Source of the DNA: Candidatus Eiseniibacteriota bacterium | Lineage (GTDB): Bacteria > Eisenbacteria > RBG-16-71-46 > SZUA-252 | NCBI GenBank assembly: GCA_031370645.1 | Contig: JANMQV010000076.1 | Location: forward strand, 1-40,814 | DNA length: 40,814 bases | Reading direction: 5' to 3' | Part shown: piece by piece, positions 26,799 to 35,834 of the stretch | Layout: every line of letters starts with the position of its first letter | Position numbering within the stretch: the stretch's first letter is position 1 | Position numbers and translations under genes: made by a program | The notes under the pieces: model-generated | What the model was told of the DNA's origin: nothing | Databases searched by the model: none | The model's input: only the letters and a program-made list of their open reading frames with translations

Positions 26799-29700
26799 AT
26801 GCATCTGCGCCGCTTCATTCAAATAGGCTGCCTCGGGGCGGCCGTCGGCCTCATGCCGCCGGCCCGGCCCGCGTCGGCCGCGGCCATCGCCGGCGATGCG
26901 ACTCAGCTCGCCGCGCTCGGCGTCGCGCGCATGTCGCGCGAGACCCCTCAAAAAGTTACCTCTCGGGACGGCAGCGTGAGCGTCCTCCTGTCGCTCGACG
27001 GCGCGAGCGTTGAACTCGCGCTCCATCCCTATTCGCTTCGAAAGGCGAGCGCGCAGGCCTTCGTGGAAGGCCCGGGTGGTGTGCGCACGGCCATCGAACT
27101 ACCGCCGACCAAGACCTACCGCGGCGTGGTGAGCGGCGACGCGACCGGCATTGTGGCGGCCACGCTCGAGGGCGAGGCGCTCCGCGCTCGAATCATCCTC
27201 GACGACGGAAGCGACTGGTATGTCCAGCCGCTCGTGGGCGGACTCGCTGGAGAGCATGCGATCTACCGCGGGGCAGACGTGACCGAATCAGCCGGCACCT
27301 GCGCGGCCGACGGCACGGTCGAGACGACCTCGCGCGTTCCCCTGACCGCCGCCCAGGCTCAATCGAGCGGCTGCGTCGATGCCGACATCGCGATCGAAGC
27401 CGACTACGCCTACTACACGTGGAACGCCAGTTCCTCGACACAGACGATCAGCGACATCGACGCCGTCATGAACTCGGTGGAACTGATCTTCTCGCGCGAC
27501 GCGAAGATCGGTTACAAGATCACGAACTACCTCATCCAGACGACGAGCGGGAAGTACCCCTCGACCGATCCGAATACGAAGATGAATCAGTTCCAAGCGT
27601 GGTGGAATGCGAATCAGGGCTCGGTCGTGCGCGACCTGGCGCACCTGATGACCGGCCCGCTGAACAACGGGCAGCTCGGCGTCGCCTATTATTCCGTCAT
27701 CTGCACCACGAGCCAGGCGTACGGCATCTCGAACTCGACCTGGAGCAACACGTGGGCGAACCGGGTCGGCGTCGTGGCTCATGAACTCGGGCACAATTGG
27801 GGCGCGACGCACTGCAACGGACTTGCCGACTGCTGGCTGATGTGCGCGAACATCGGCAGTTGCGGCAACGACGCGACGAAGTTCAGCCCGAGCTCCATTC
27901 GGGAAATCGAAACGTACCGCACGCAGAACGGCGCTTGCCTTGCGGCGGGGAGCGGCACCGCGACGGCGCTGAATCCCACGGCGCGTGACGATCGCGCGGT
28001 CGTGCTGCGCGGGAGTTCGGGCACCCTCAACGTCCTCGCCAACGACTTCGACCCGAACTGCCAGACGATCACGGTGGGGAGTTTCCCGTCCACCACCCCG
28101 AAAGGCGCGGCGATCACGGCCTCCGGTGACAATCTCGTCTTCACTCCGGCCGCGGGCTTCGTCGGGACCGACACCTTCCAGTACACCGTGCGCGACGCCG
28201 GCGGCGCGCAGAGCACCGCGACCGTCACGGTCGACGTGCAGGATTACACGGCACCCGACGCCGCCACCGGCGCGGTGGCCGGGCTTCAGGCGCGCTACTA
28301 CTACGTGCCGGCGCTCGACGGAAACCTCGGCTCCATGCCGACGCTCTCGAACCCGTTCAAGATCGAGACCGTGCCCTCGCTCCTCTTCGCCACGACGGAT
28401 GGCGCCGTCGGAGAGAGCGGATTGAAGGACAAGATGGCCGCGCGCTGCACCGGCACCATGAAAGTGTCGAGCGCCGCCACGTACACGTTTTACCTGACCG
28501 CGAGCGACGGCGCGAAGCTCTACATCGATAACGTGCTTCGCGTGGACAACGACGGCCTTCACGGAATCCAGGAACGCTCCGCGGGCGTCTCCCTGACTTC
28601 CGGCGCGCATGACATGCGGATCGACTACTACGAAGAGACCGGGACCGCCGGGCTTCGCCTCGAAATCGCAGGCGGTGGAATGTCCCGGATCGACATTCCG
28701 GCTTCCATGTGGGCCTCGCCCGGCGTCCAGATCGCCTACTACCAGCTCGACTCGCACCTGGTGCCGCCGCTCGCGGCGCTCGTTCCCGAGCGGACGCAGG
28801 CGATCACCTCGATCAACTACCCCTTCTCCTGGGGCAACTTCGCGGGAAGCAACCGCTCGCTGGACGTCGGCGCGACCTACGAGGGATTCATCACGGTTCC
28901 GACCGACAACATCTACACCTTTGAGGTGACTTCGGAGGACGGCTCCAAGTTCTCCATCGGCGATCAGATCGTGATCGACAACGACGGCTACCATAACCGC
29001 GTGGCCCTCGCCGGGTCGCGCGCGCTTCGCGCCGGGCCGCACAAATTCCGGCTCGACTACTTCGCTCGCGACGGCGGCTGCGCGCTGGTCCTCAAGGTCT
29101 CGAGCAGCACCGTACCGAGCCAGGTCGTACCGGCGTCGTGGTTCAGCCATCTCACGACGTATCACGTGCCGACCGACTACGCGACTATCGGCGCCGGCAT
29201 TGCGGCAGCGCCGGCGAACTCGATGGTCTGGGTGGCCGCGGGCACCTACACGGGGACGGGGAACAAGAACCTCGATCTGGGGAACAAGGCCCTCACGCTC
29301 CTCGGCGGTGGCGGGCCGAGCCTGACGGTGCTCGACGCTCAGAGCTCGGGTCGCTTGTTCAACTTCGTGAACCATTCGGCGTCCGGCGCGGTCATCGAGG
29401 GCTTCGCGATCACCCGCGGAAGCACGACCTCCGGCGTGGGCGGCGCGATGCTGTTCAGCAATAGCAACCTGACCGTCAGAAACTGTACCATCGAAGGAAA
29501 CATGAACACCGGCCTTGGCGGCGCGCTCGGGTTTAGCGGTACGTCGACGCCAACCTTCGACGGCTGCGTGATCTCCGGCAATCACTCCGACACCGGCGGC
29601 GGCGCCATGTACGCCGACGCCGGGTCTCACCCCTCCTTCGTCGCCTGCACGGTCAGCGGCAATTTCACCGACACGGTCGGTGGCGGCGCGTACGTCGCCA

Positions 29701-30335
29701 ACGGCGGCCGCGTCACGTTCGATCGAAGCATCGTCTGGGGAAATAGCGCGACGACCAACGGAAGCGAGGCCTGGACGGCCGGTGCCACGAGCACCGTGGA
29801 GTTCGCTTGCTCGGACGTTCGAAGCGCCGCGGTCGGAGGAGGCGGAAGCGAAGTGTTCGCCTCCTCCGTCATCATCAGCGATCCGCTCTTCTGCGTTCCC
29901 ATCCCCAGCGCCCAGGCGCCCACGACTTTCGGAAGTTACCGCGTTGTCGGCGGGTCGCCGGTCCTCGCCGCCTCCGTCGCGTGCGGCAAGACGATGGGCG
30001 CTCGCGGGCAAGGCTGCACGACGACCGTGACCGGCGTGGACGACGTGCCGGTGGCGCGCGGCACGAGGCTGGAACAGAACGCGCCGAACCCCTTCAATCC
30101 GGTGACGCGGATCAACTTCTCGATCGAGCACGGCGGCCGGACGACGCTCCGGATCTTCGACGTGGCGGGGCGGTTGGTTTCGACACTCGTGGACCGCGAT
30201 CTTCCGGCGGGGCCGCAGAGCGTCACCTGGCGCGGCATGGATGCGCAGGGCCGACAGATCGCCACCGGCGTCTACTTCTACGAACTCCGAACCGGCGGCC
30301 AGGCGATGACGAGGAGCATGGTGCTGTTGAAGTAG
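26799..30335 (+). CDS. Secreted M12 (reprolysin-like) zinc metalloprotease with Ig/cadherin-like, PA14 x2, parallel beta-helix and FlgD-Ig C-terminal domains
   Basis: HELGHNWGATH (HExxHxxGxxH) with Met-turn WLM; NVLANDFD..FTPAAGFVGTDTFQYTV; two PA14 units (DGAKLYID..DNDGLH, DGSKFSIG..DNDGYH); GGA repeats; QNAPNPFNP..IFDVAGRLV..GVYFYEL. Confidence 0.93.
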   Translation: MHLRRFIQIGCLGAAVGLMPPARPASAAAIAGDATQLAALGVARMSRETPQKVTSRDGSVSVLLSLDGASVELALHPYSLRKASAQAFVEGPGGVRTAIELPPTKTYRGVVSGDATGIVAATLEGEALRARIILDDGSDWYVQPLVGGLAGEHAIYRGADVTESAGTCAADGTVETTSRVPLTAAQAQSSGCVDADIAIEADYAYYTWNASSSTQTISDIDAVMNSVELIFSRDAKIGYKITNYLIQTTSGKYPSTDPNTKMNQFQAWWNANQGSVVRDLAHLMTGPLNNGQLGVAYYSVICTTSQAYGISNSTWSNTWANRVGVVAHELGHNWGATHCNGLADCWLMCANIGSCGNDATKFSPSSIREIETYRTQNGACLAAGSGTATALNPTARDDRAVVLRGSSGTLNVLANDFDPNCQTITVGSFPSTTPKGAAITASGDNLVFTPAAGFVGTDTFQYTVRDAGGAQSTATVTVDVQDYTAPDAATGAVAGLQARYYYVPALDGNLGSMPTLSNPFKIETVPSLLFATTDGAVGESGLKDKMAARCTGTMKVSSAATYTFYLTASDGAKLYIDNVLRVDNDGLHGIQERSAGVSLTSGAHDMRIDYYEETGTAGLRLEIAGGGMSRIDIPASMWASPGVQIAYYQLDSHLVPPLAALVPERTQAITSINYPFSWGNFAGSNRSLDVGATYEGFITVPTDNIYTFEVTSEDGSKFSIGDQIVIDNDGYHNRVALAGSRALRAGPHKFRLDYFARDGGCALVLKVSSSTVPSQVVPASWFSHLTTYHVPTDYATIGAGIAAAPANSMVWVAAGTYTGTGNKNLDLGNKALTLLGGGGPSLTVLDAQSSGRLFNFVNHSASGAVIEGFAITRGSTTSGVGGAMLFSNSNLTVRNCTIEGNMNTGLGGALGFSGTSTPTFDGCVISGNHSDTGGGAMYADAGSHPSFVACTVSGNFTDTVGGGAYVANGGRVTFDRSIVWGNSATTNGSEAWTAGATSTVEFACSDVRSAAVGGGGSEVFASSVIISDPLFCVPIPSAQAPTTFGSYRVVGGSPVLAASVACGKTMGARGQGCTTTVTGVDDVPVARGTRLEQNAPNPFNPVTRINFSIEHGGRTTLRIFDVAGRLVSTLVDRDLPAGPQSVTWRGMDAQGRQIATGVYFYELRTGGQAMTRSMVLLK

Positions 30336-30345
30336 GGCGAGCGGG

Positions 30346-31440
30346 TCAGGCGATCTGCTTCAGCATCGCCTCGTTGGTGGGGAACTGCTCGAGCGCCTTC
30401 CGTAGATCCAGAATCGCCTGCTTCGGCGGAGAGTCGAGCAGCCGGCGGCGGAGGCGGTTCACCTTCTCGATATCCGTCGCGGAGTAGAGGAGCTCGTCCT
30501 TCCGCGTGCCGGTCTTCGCGATATTGATGGCCGGGAAGACTCGCTGGTCCGCGAGCGCCCGGTCGAGCACGATCTCGCTGTTTCCCGTCCCCTTGAACTC
30601 CTCGAAGATCATGTCATCCATTCGCGAGCCGGTTTCGACCAGCGCCGTCGCGAGGACGGTGATCGATCCGCCATTTTCCACGTTTCTCGCCATCCCGAAA
30701 AACTTCCGCGGTATCTCCAGCGCGCGGGAGTCGAGTCCGCCGCTCATCGTCCGCCCTGAATCCGACCCATGCGAGTTGAACGCCCGTCCCATGCGCGTGA
30801 TGCTGTCGACCAGCACCACCACGTCGTGCCCGCACTCGAGCTCGCAACGGACCTGGCCCATGCACATGTTCGCCACGTGCACGTGCTCGTCGAGCGACTG
30901 GTCGCTGCTGCTGGCCAACACCTCGGCCGGCACCTTCCGCCGGAAATGCGTCACTTCCTCGGGCCGTTCGTCGATGAGCAGAACCACCACGCGCGTCTCG
31001 GGCGCGTCGGCATGGATGGCGATCGCGAGGTCCTCGAGCAGCTGGGTTTTTCCGGCTTTCGGCGGCGAGACGATGAGGCCGCGCGTCCCGCGCCCCATGG
31101 GGGCGACGAGGTCGATGATCCGCATCGAGACGTTACCGCCCGTTCCGAGTCGGAATCGCTTATCGGGATTCGTGGCGACCAATTTTGTGAATGGAATCCT
31201 TGCCCGAAATGCCTCGGGGGCCAGACCGCAAATGGTATCGACGCCCTCGAGGCGGGGCCCCTGCTTCGTCGGCTGTGCGGGACCGGTGACGCTCGCGCCC
31301 GTCGTGAGGCCGTAGCGGTTGATGATCGCCTCGGGCACGAAGGGATCGCCGGAGAAGGGTGCGAAGGAGCGGGCGGGATCGCGGAGATAGCCGCCGCCGC
31401 GGTGCATCACTTCGAGAATACCGGAGACGGACGTCGGCAC
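30346..31440 (-). CDS. rho: Transcription termination factor Rho, short form (~364 aa)
   Basis: SPPKAGKT, LLIDERPEEVT, DSITRMGRAFN, SGRTMSGG, FEEFKGTGNSE and FPAINI..TGTRKDELL. Likely GTG start at 31440. Confidence 0.93.
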   Translation of the reverse strand: MPTSVSGILEVMHRGGGYLRDPARSFAPFSGDPFVPEAIINRYGLTTGASVTGPAQPTKQGPRLEGVDTICGLAPEAFRARIPFTKLVATNPDKRFRLGTGGNVSMRIIDLVAPMGRGTRGLIVSPPKAGKTQLLEDLAIAIHADAPETRVVVLLIDERPEEVTHFRRKVPAEVLASSSDQSLDEHVHVANMCMGQVRCELECGHDVVVLVDSITRMGRAFNSHGSDSGRTMSGGLDSRALEIPRKFFGMARNVENGGSITVLATALVETGSRMDDMIFEEFKGTGNSEIVLDRALADQRVFPAINIAKTGTRKDELLYSATDIEKVNRLRRRLLDSPPKQAILDLRKALEQFPTNEAMLKQIA

Positions 31441-31790
31441 GGTGGCGCTTCCAAGGTGGGTGGGTGAAGGGCAGGCAGGTTCTACGCGAGATCGTAACCG
31501 CGCTGCCAAAGGGTAAAGCGATCGTCGCTCCCGCGGGCACAGGCGTGGGGTCGGCGGATCGAGATGATCCTAGATGGTTTGGATGTCTGGCTGCAACAAG
31601 AATGGCCCGGCCCCCTGCGAAGCCGGGTCGGGCCTGCCGCGGGCAAATGGGCGGCCTTTCGGTAGAGCCGCCCCGTCGCGTCCGCCACTGGCCTACCATA
31701 GGGCTCGCGCCCCCTCGCCAATTCCTCTATCCTTTCTTGTCTGCGAAATGCATTCCACACCCCGACGACGAGCACGAGGACCACGCCGAG

Positions 31791-34700
31791 ATGATCGGGA
31801 AGAAGCTCCGCGCCTACGAAATTACCGAAGAGATCGGCTCCGGCGGCATGGCCACCGTTTACCGCGCCTACCAGCCGAGCATGGACCGCCACGTCGCCGT
31901 GAAGGTCATTCGCTCGTCGATCCTCCACGACCCCTCGCTCCGCGAGCGCTTCCAACGCGAGGCTCGGCTGATCGCCCGCCTCGAGCACCCGCATCTCTTG
32001 CCGGTCTACGACTTCGACAGCGATCACGAGCCGCCCTACATCGTGATGCGCTATCTCGAGGGCGGTACGCTGAAGCAGGTGCAGCAGCGGGGCGGGATCC
32101 CGCGCGACGAACTCCTCTACATCCTCCAGCAACTCGCCGGCGCGCTCGACTACGCACACCGCCAGGGCGTCGTCCATCGCGACCTGAAGCCCTCGAACGT
32201 GATGATCGACAAGGAAGGGAACGCATTCCTCACCGACTTCGGCATCGCGCGAGCGTCCGGCGCGGAGAAGGATCTGACCGGCACCGGACTCATGATCGGA
32301 ACGCCTGGCTACATGGCGCCCGAGCAGGCTCGCGGCGACGGACAGATCGACAAGGCCGCCGACATCTATTCTCTCGGCGTGATGGCGTTCGAGATTCTCA
32401 CCGGGCGCCAGCCGTACGAGAGCGAGAGCGCGTTCGACGTGATCCTCGCGCACATGAACAGTCCCATTCCTCGCGCCAGCGAGTGGCAGCGCGACATCCC
32501 GAAGTCGGTCGACGCGGTGCTGGCCCGGGCGCTCGCGAAGGCGAAGGCGGATCGGCATCCGACCGCGACGGCCTTCGTGGAGGAGCTGGCGAAGGCGCTC
32601 AAGCTCAAGCCGAGCAGCGCGCCGGCCGCCCTCCAATCGATGACGCAGACGATTTCCGTCGATCAGCTGGCGGCCCGCCAAGCGAACAAGGACGCCGCGG
32701 AGACGCCGAGTTCCTCCACGCCCTCCGACCAACAGCGGCAGATGACCGCCGTCTCGGTGGACGTTAAGGAGTTCGCCGAGATTCTCTACGAGAGCGGCGC
32801 CGACGCGGAGCGCGTTCGCTCCACGATGGAGTCGCTCTGGAGCGGATTCGCCAAGATCGCGGCCGAATCGGGCGGGGTCATTCACAGCCGCACGGACGAG
32901 ACGGGGCTCGCGCTCTGGGGCCGCGACCGGGCGCGCGAGGACGACTCGGAGAACGCGATTCGGGGCGCGCTCCTCATGCGCGATCGTGCCCTCACCGACG
33001 CGAGGTCGGTCCTCGGCAAGAGTTGGGAACCGAGCGAGGAAAATCCGCTGCCTTTCACGGCGGGGATCACGACCGGTCCCGTGCTCCTCGAGCGGGAGTC
33101 CGACTCCGGAACCTACACCGCGTCGGGCGCGCCGATCACGCTGGCGGGCCGCCTCAAGGAGGCGGCGCCGGCAGGTGGAGTTCTCGTCGCGCACGAAACG
33201 TACACGCTCGTTCGTGGCGTGTTCACGGTCACGGCCGCCGATCCCGTCCGCGTTCGGGGGCGGAAGGAACCGCTCGAAGTTTACCTCGTGACGCAGGTGA
33301 AGCCGCGCGCCTTCCGGCTTCGCGCCCGGGGGATCGAAGGCGTCGAGACGAAGATGATCGGAAGGGAGATCGAACTCCGCCTGCTTCAAGAAGCGCTGAC
33401 GCTGACGCTCGAGGACGGCGAGACGCAAGTCGTGACGGTCGTGGGGGAAGCGGGCGTCGGGAAATCGCGACTCCTCTACGAATTCAGCAGCTGGATGGAT
33501 CTCCAGGAACAGACGGTCTGGTTCTTCCAGGCGCGCGCCACCCAGCCCTCGATGCTCCAGCCCTACTCGCTCACGCGCGATCTCTTCTCCTTCCGCTTCC
33601 GGATCCTCGACTCCGATCCGCTCACCCAGGTGCACGAGAAATTCGTGAAGGGGATCGAGGGTTTCCTCGGCGAGGGGTCGACGCGCAAGGCGTATTTGAT
33701 CGGGCAGTTGGTCGGATTCGACTTCTCCGACAAGCCCGAGGTGGAATCGGCGCTCCAAGACGCCGATTCGTTCCGCCGCACGGCGCAGCAATTTCTCGGA
33801 GAGTTCTTCACATCGGCCTCGAAGACGAATCCCGTGGTTCTTCACATCGAGGACATCCACTGGGCCGACGACCGCTCGCTCGATCTCATCAACACTCTCG
33901 TGCGGGAGAACACGGAACTCCCGCTCTTCGTGCTCTGCATGTCGCGGCCGAGCCTCTACGAGCGGCGCCCGCAGTGGGGCGAGGGGCAGCGATTCCACGA
34001 ACGAATCCAGCTGGAACCGCTCTCGCAGCTCTCGAGCCGCCGCCTCGTTCGCGAACTCCTGAAGAACGTCCCCGAGGTGCCGACGGCGCTCCGCGATCTC
34101 GTCGTGGACCGCGCCGACGGGAATCCGTTCTACATCGAGGAGCTGATCAAAGCGCTGATCGACGATCGCGTGATTCTGAAGGGCGAGGAGGCATGGTCGG
34201 TGGACACATCCCGCCTCTCGACCGTGCGCGTCCCGGCCACTCTGACCGGCGTGTTGCAGGCGCGCCTCGACACGCTTCCGGTGCCGCTCCATCAGTTGCT
34301 GCAGCGTGCCTCGGTCGTGGGGCGAATCTTCTGGGATGCGGCCGCGGTGCGCCTGAGCCAAGAGGCGGCGGGCGTTTCACCGGACGACGTGCACGCGATG
34401 TTGGAAGACCTTCGCGGTCGGGAAATGATCCTGCAGCGAGAGGAGTCAGGATTCGCGGGCACGCTCGAGTACGTCTTCCGTCATGCGATCCTTCGCGACG
34501 TCACGTACGAGACGGTGGTTCCACGACAGCGGCGCACGTTCCACAAACTCGTCGGCGACTGGCTCTTGGAAGTGGGAGGCGAGAGAGCCGGCGAGCACAC
34601 GCTCCTCGTGGCCGAGCATTACGGCCGCGCGGAGGAATCCGCTCTGGCCGCGGCGCAATTGAAGAAGGCGGGGGAGAATTCGTACCTCCTCGCCGCCTAC

Positions 34701-35729
34701 GAGGAGGCCGCCACGCTCTTCCAGCGGGCGCGCGAGATCCTCTCGGGCCCCGAACATGCCGTTCAGCGGCTGGAGATCGAGATCCTGCGCGGAGAACTCG
34801 AGGGGCGCCGCAGCACGCACGCCAAGGCGGTCGAGATCCTGAAGCCCGCGCTGGAGGAGGCGCGGTCGATCGGCCACGAAGTCTTGCAGGCGAATCTTCT
34901 GGGTCAACTCGGGCGAATCGCCTACTGGCAGCGCCAGACGGAGGAATCCGGTCGCTACCTGAACGAAGCACTTGCCATCGCTCGGAAGTCGAACGACAAA
35001 CCGACGCTGATCTTCATTCTCCGCCAGGTCGGCAACTTGACCTATCGCACCGATACGGAGGCGGCCAGGAAGTTACTCCAAGAGAGCATCCAGTTGGCGC
35101 GCACGACCGGTGACCGAAGAAGCGAGGCGACGGGGCTCAACTCGCTCGGCAACCTCCTGGGCTACCTTGACGAATTCGCGGGCGCCATCGAGTGCTACGA
35201 ACCCTCGCGCGATATCTTCCGCGAACTGGGAGATCGAAACTCCGAATGCATGGTGCTCTCGAATCTCTCGTTCCTCCACACCGAGCTCGATGACTTTCAG
35301 GCCGGGGAGCGGGAAGCGAAGACCGCGCTCACGATCCTGCGAGAAATCGGCGGGCTTCAGATGCGGGCGGGGTGCGAGATCAGCCTGGCGAATATCTGTC
35401 TCCGGACGGGCCGAAACGCCGAGGCGTTGAAGTACGCGAATCTGGCCGCGACGACCGGCCGAGAACTCGATGAGCCGTTCTTCTACTTGGGGTTCATGTA
35501 CGGACTCCTCAAGATCCGAAGCGGCGACCGCGCGGCCGGTCTCGCGTGGATGGGCTTCGCCCGGCGGCATGAAACGGAGTTCAACAAGGAAGTGCTTCGG
35601 GACATCCGGCGGCACTGGGACGAGATTCGCGGCGATCTAACCGAGGAGGAAGCGGAAGCCGCGATGAAGGCCGGCGAGGACCTAAAGTTCGAGGAGATCA
35701 CCGCCCAGGCGGCCCGAGAAGCCCCGTAA
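31791..35729 (+). CDS. Ser/Thr kinase, degenerate class III cyclase-like domain, STAND/AAA_16 ATPase, TPR repeats
   Basis: GSGGMATVY, HRDLKPSN, DFG and YMAPE; cyclase-like RQMTAVSVD..AGITTGPV..LAGRL; MIGREIEL, Walker A GEAGVGKS, Walker B LHIEDIHWAD, GNPFYIEE; TPRs. Start revised to the ATG at 31791 (MIGKKL). Confidence 0.94.
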   Translation: MIGKKLRAYEITEEIGSGGMATVYRAYQPSMDRHVAVKVIRSSILHDPSLRERFQREARLIARLEHPHLLPVYDFDSDHEPPYIVMRYLEGGTLKQVQQRGGIPRDELLYILQQLAGALDYAHRQGVVHRDLKPSNVMIDKEGNAFLTDFGIARASGAEKDLTGTGLMIGTPGYMAPEQARGDGQIDKAADIYSLGVMAFEILTGRQPYESESAFDVILAHMNSPIPRASEWQRDIPKSVDAVLARALAKAKADRHPTATAFVEELAKALKLKPSSAPAALQSMTQTISVDQLAARQANKDAAETPSSSTPSDQQRQMTAVSVDVKEFAEILYESGADAERVRSTMESLWSGFAKIAAESGGVIHSRTDETGLALWGRDRAREDDSENAIRGALLMRDRALTDARSVLGKSWEPSEENPLPFTAGITTGPVLLERESDSGTYTASGAPITLAGRLKEAAPAGGVLVAHETYTLVRGVFTVTAADPVRVRGRKEPLEVYLVTQVKPRAFRLRARGIEGVETKMIGREIELRLLQEALTLTLEDGETQVVTVVGEAGVGKSRLLYEFSSWMDLQEQTVWFFQARATQPSMLQPYSLTRDLFSFRFRILDSDPLTQVHEKFVKGIEGFLGEGSTRKAYLIGQLVGFDFSDKPEVESALQDADSFRRTAQQFLGEFFTSASKTNPVVLHIEDIHWADDRSLDLINTLVRENTELPLFVLCMSRPSLYERRPQWGEGQRFHERIQLEPLSQLSSRRLVRELLKNVPEVPTALRDLVVDRADGNPFYIEELIKALIDDRVILKGEEAWSVDTSRLSTVRVPATLTGVLQARLDTLPVPLHQLLQRASVVGRIFWDAAAVRLSQEAAGVSPDDVHAMLEDLRGREMILQREESGFAGTLEYVFRHAILRDVTYETVVPRQRRTFHKLVGDWLLEVGGERAGEHTLLVAEHYGRAEESALAAAQLKKAGENSYLLAAYEEAATLFQRAREILSGPEHAVQRLEIEILRGELEGRRSTHAKAVEILKPALEEARSIGHEVLQANLLGQLGRIAYWQRQTEESGRYLNEALAIARKSNDKPTLIFILRQVGNLTYRTDTEAARKLLQESIQLARTTGDRRSEATGLNSLGNLLGYLDEFAGAIECYEPSRDIFRELGDRNSECMVLSNLSFLHTELDDFQAGEREAKTALTILREIGGLQMRAGCEISLANICLRTGRNAEALKYANLAATTGRELDEPFFYLGFMYGLLKIRSGDRAAGLAWMGFARRHETEFNKEVLRDIRRHWDEIRGDLTEEEAEAAMKAGEDLKFEEITAQAAREAP

Positions 35730-35834
35730 CATCAAATTTTATAGAGTCTTAGACGCCTCGCAGAAGCGCCTCTCCCGACGTCATGATCCCCCCTCCTTCT
35801 GCCGATAACCATCGGACGAAAGGGGGACTCCACC

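Noticed and set aside
31359-31790. 144-aa N-terminal extension of the kinase-STAND ORF
   Set aside because: It overlaps the divergent rho start and has non-protein-like composition. The kinase domain begins at MIGKKL (31791).
27288-35113. Very long alternative ORFs 27288..30131 (-), 31482..34361 (-) and 33023..35113 (+)
   Set aside because: They overlap well-supported genes (M12 protease, kinase-STAND) and have R/G/A-biased shadow composition.
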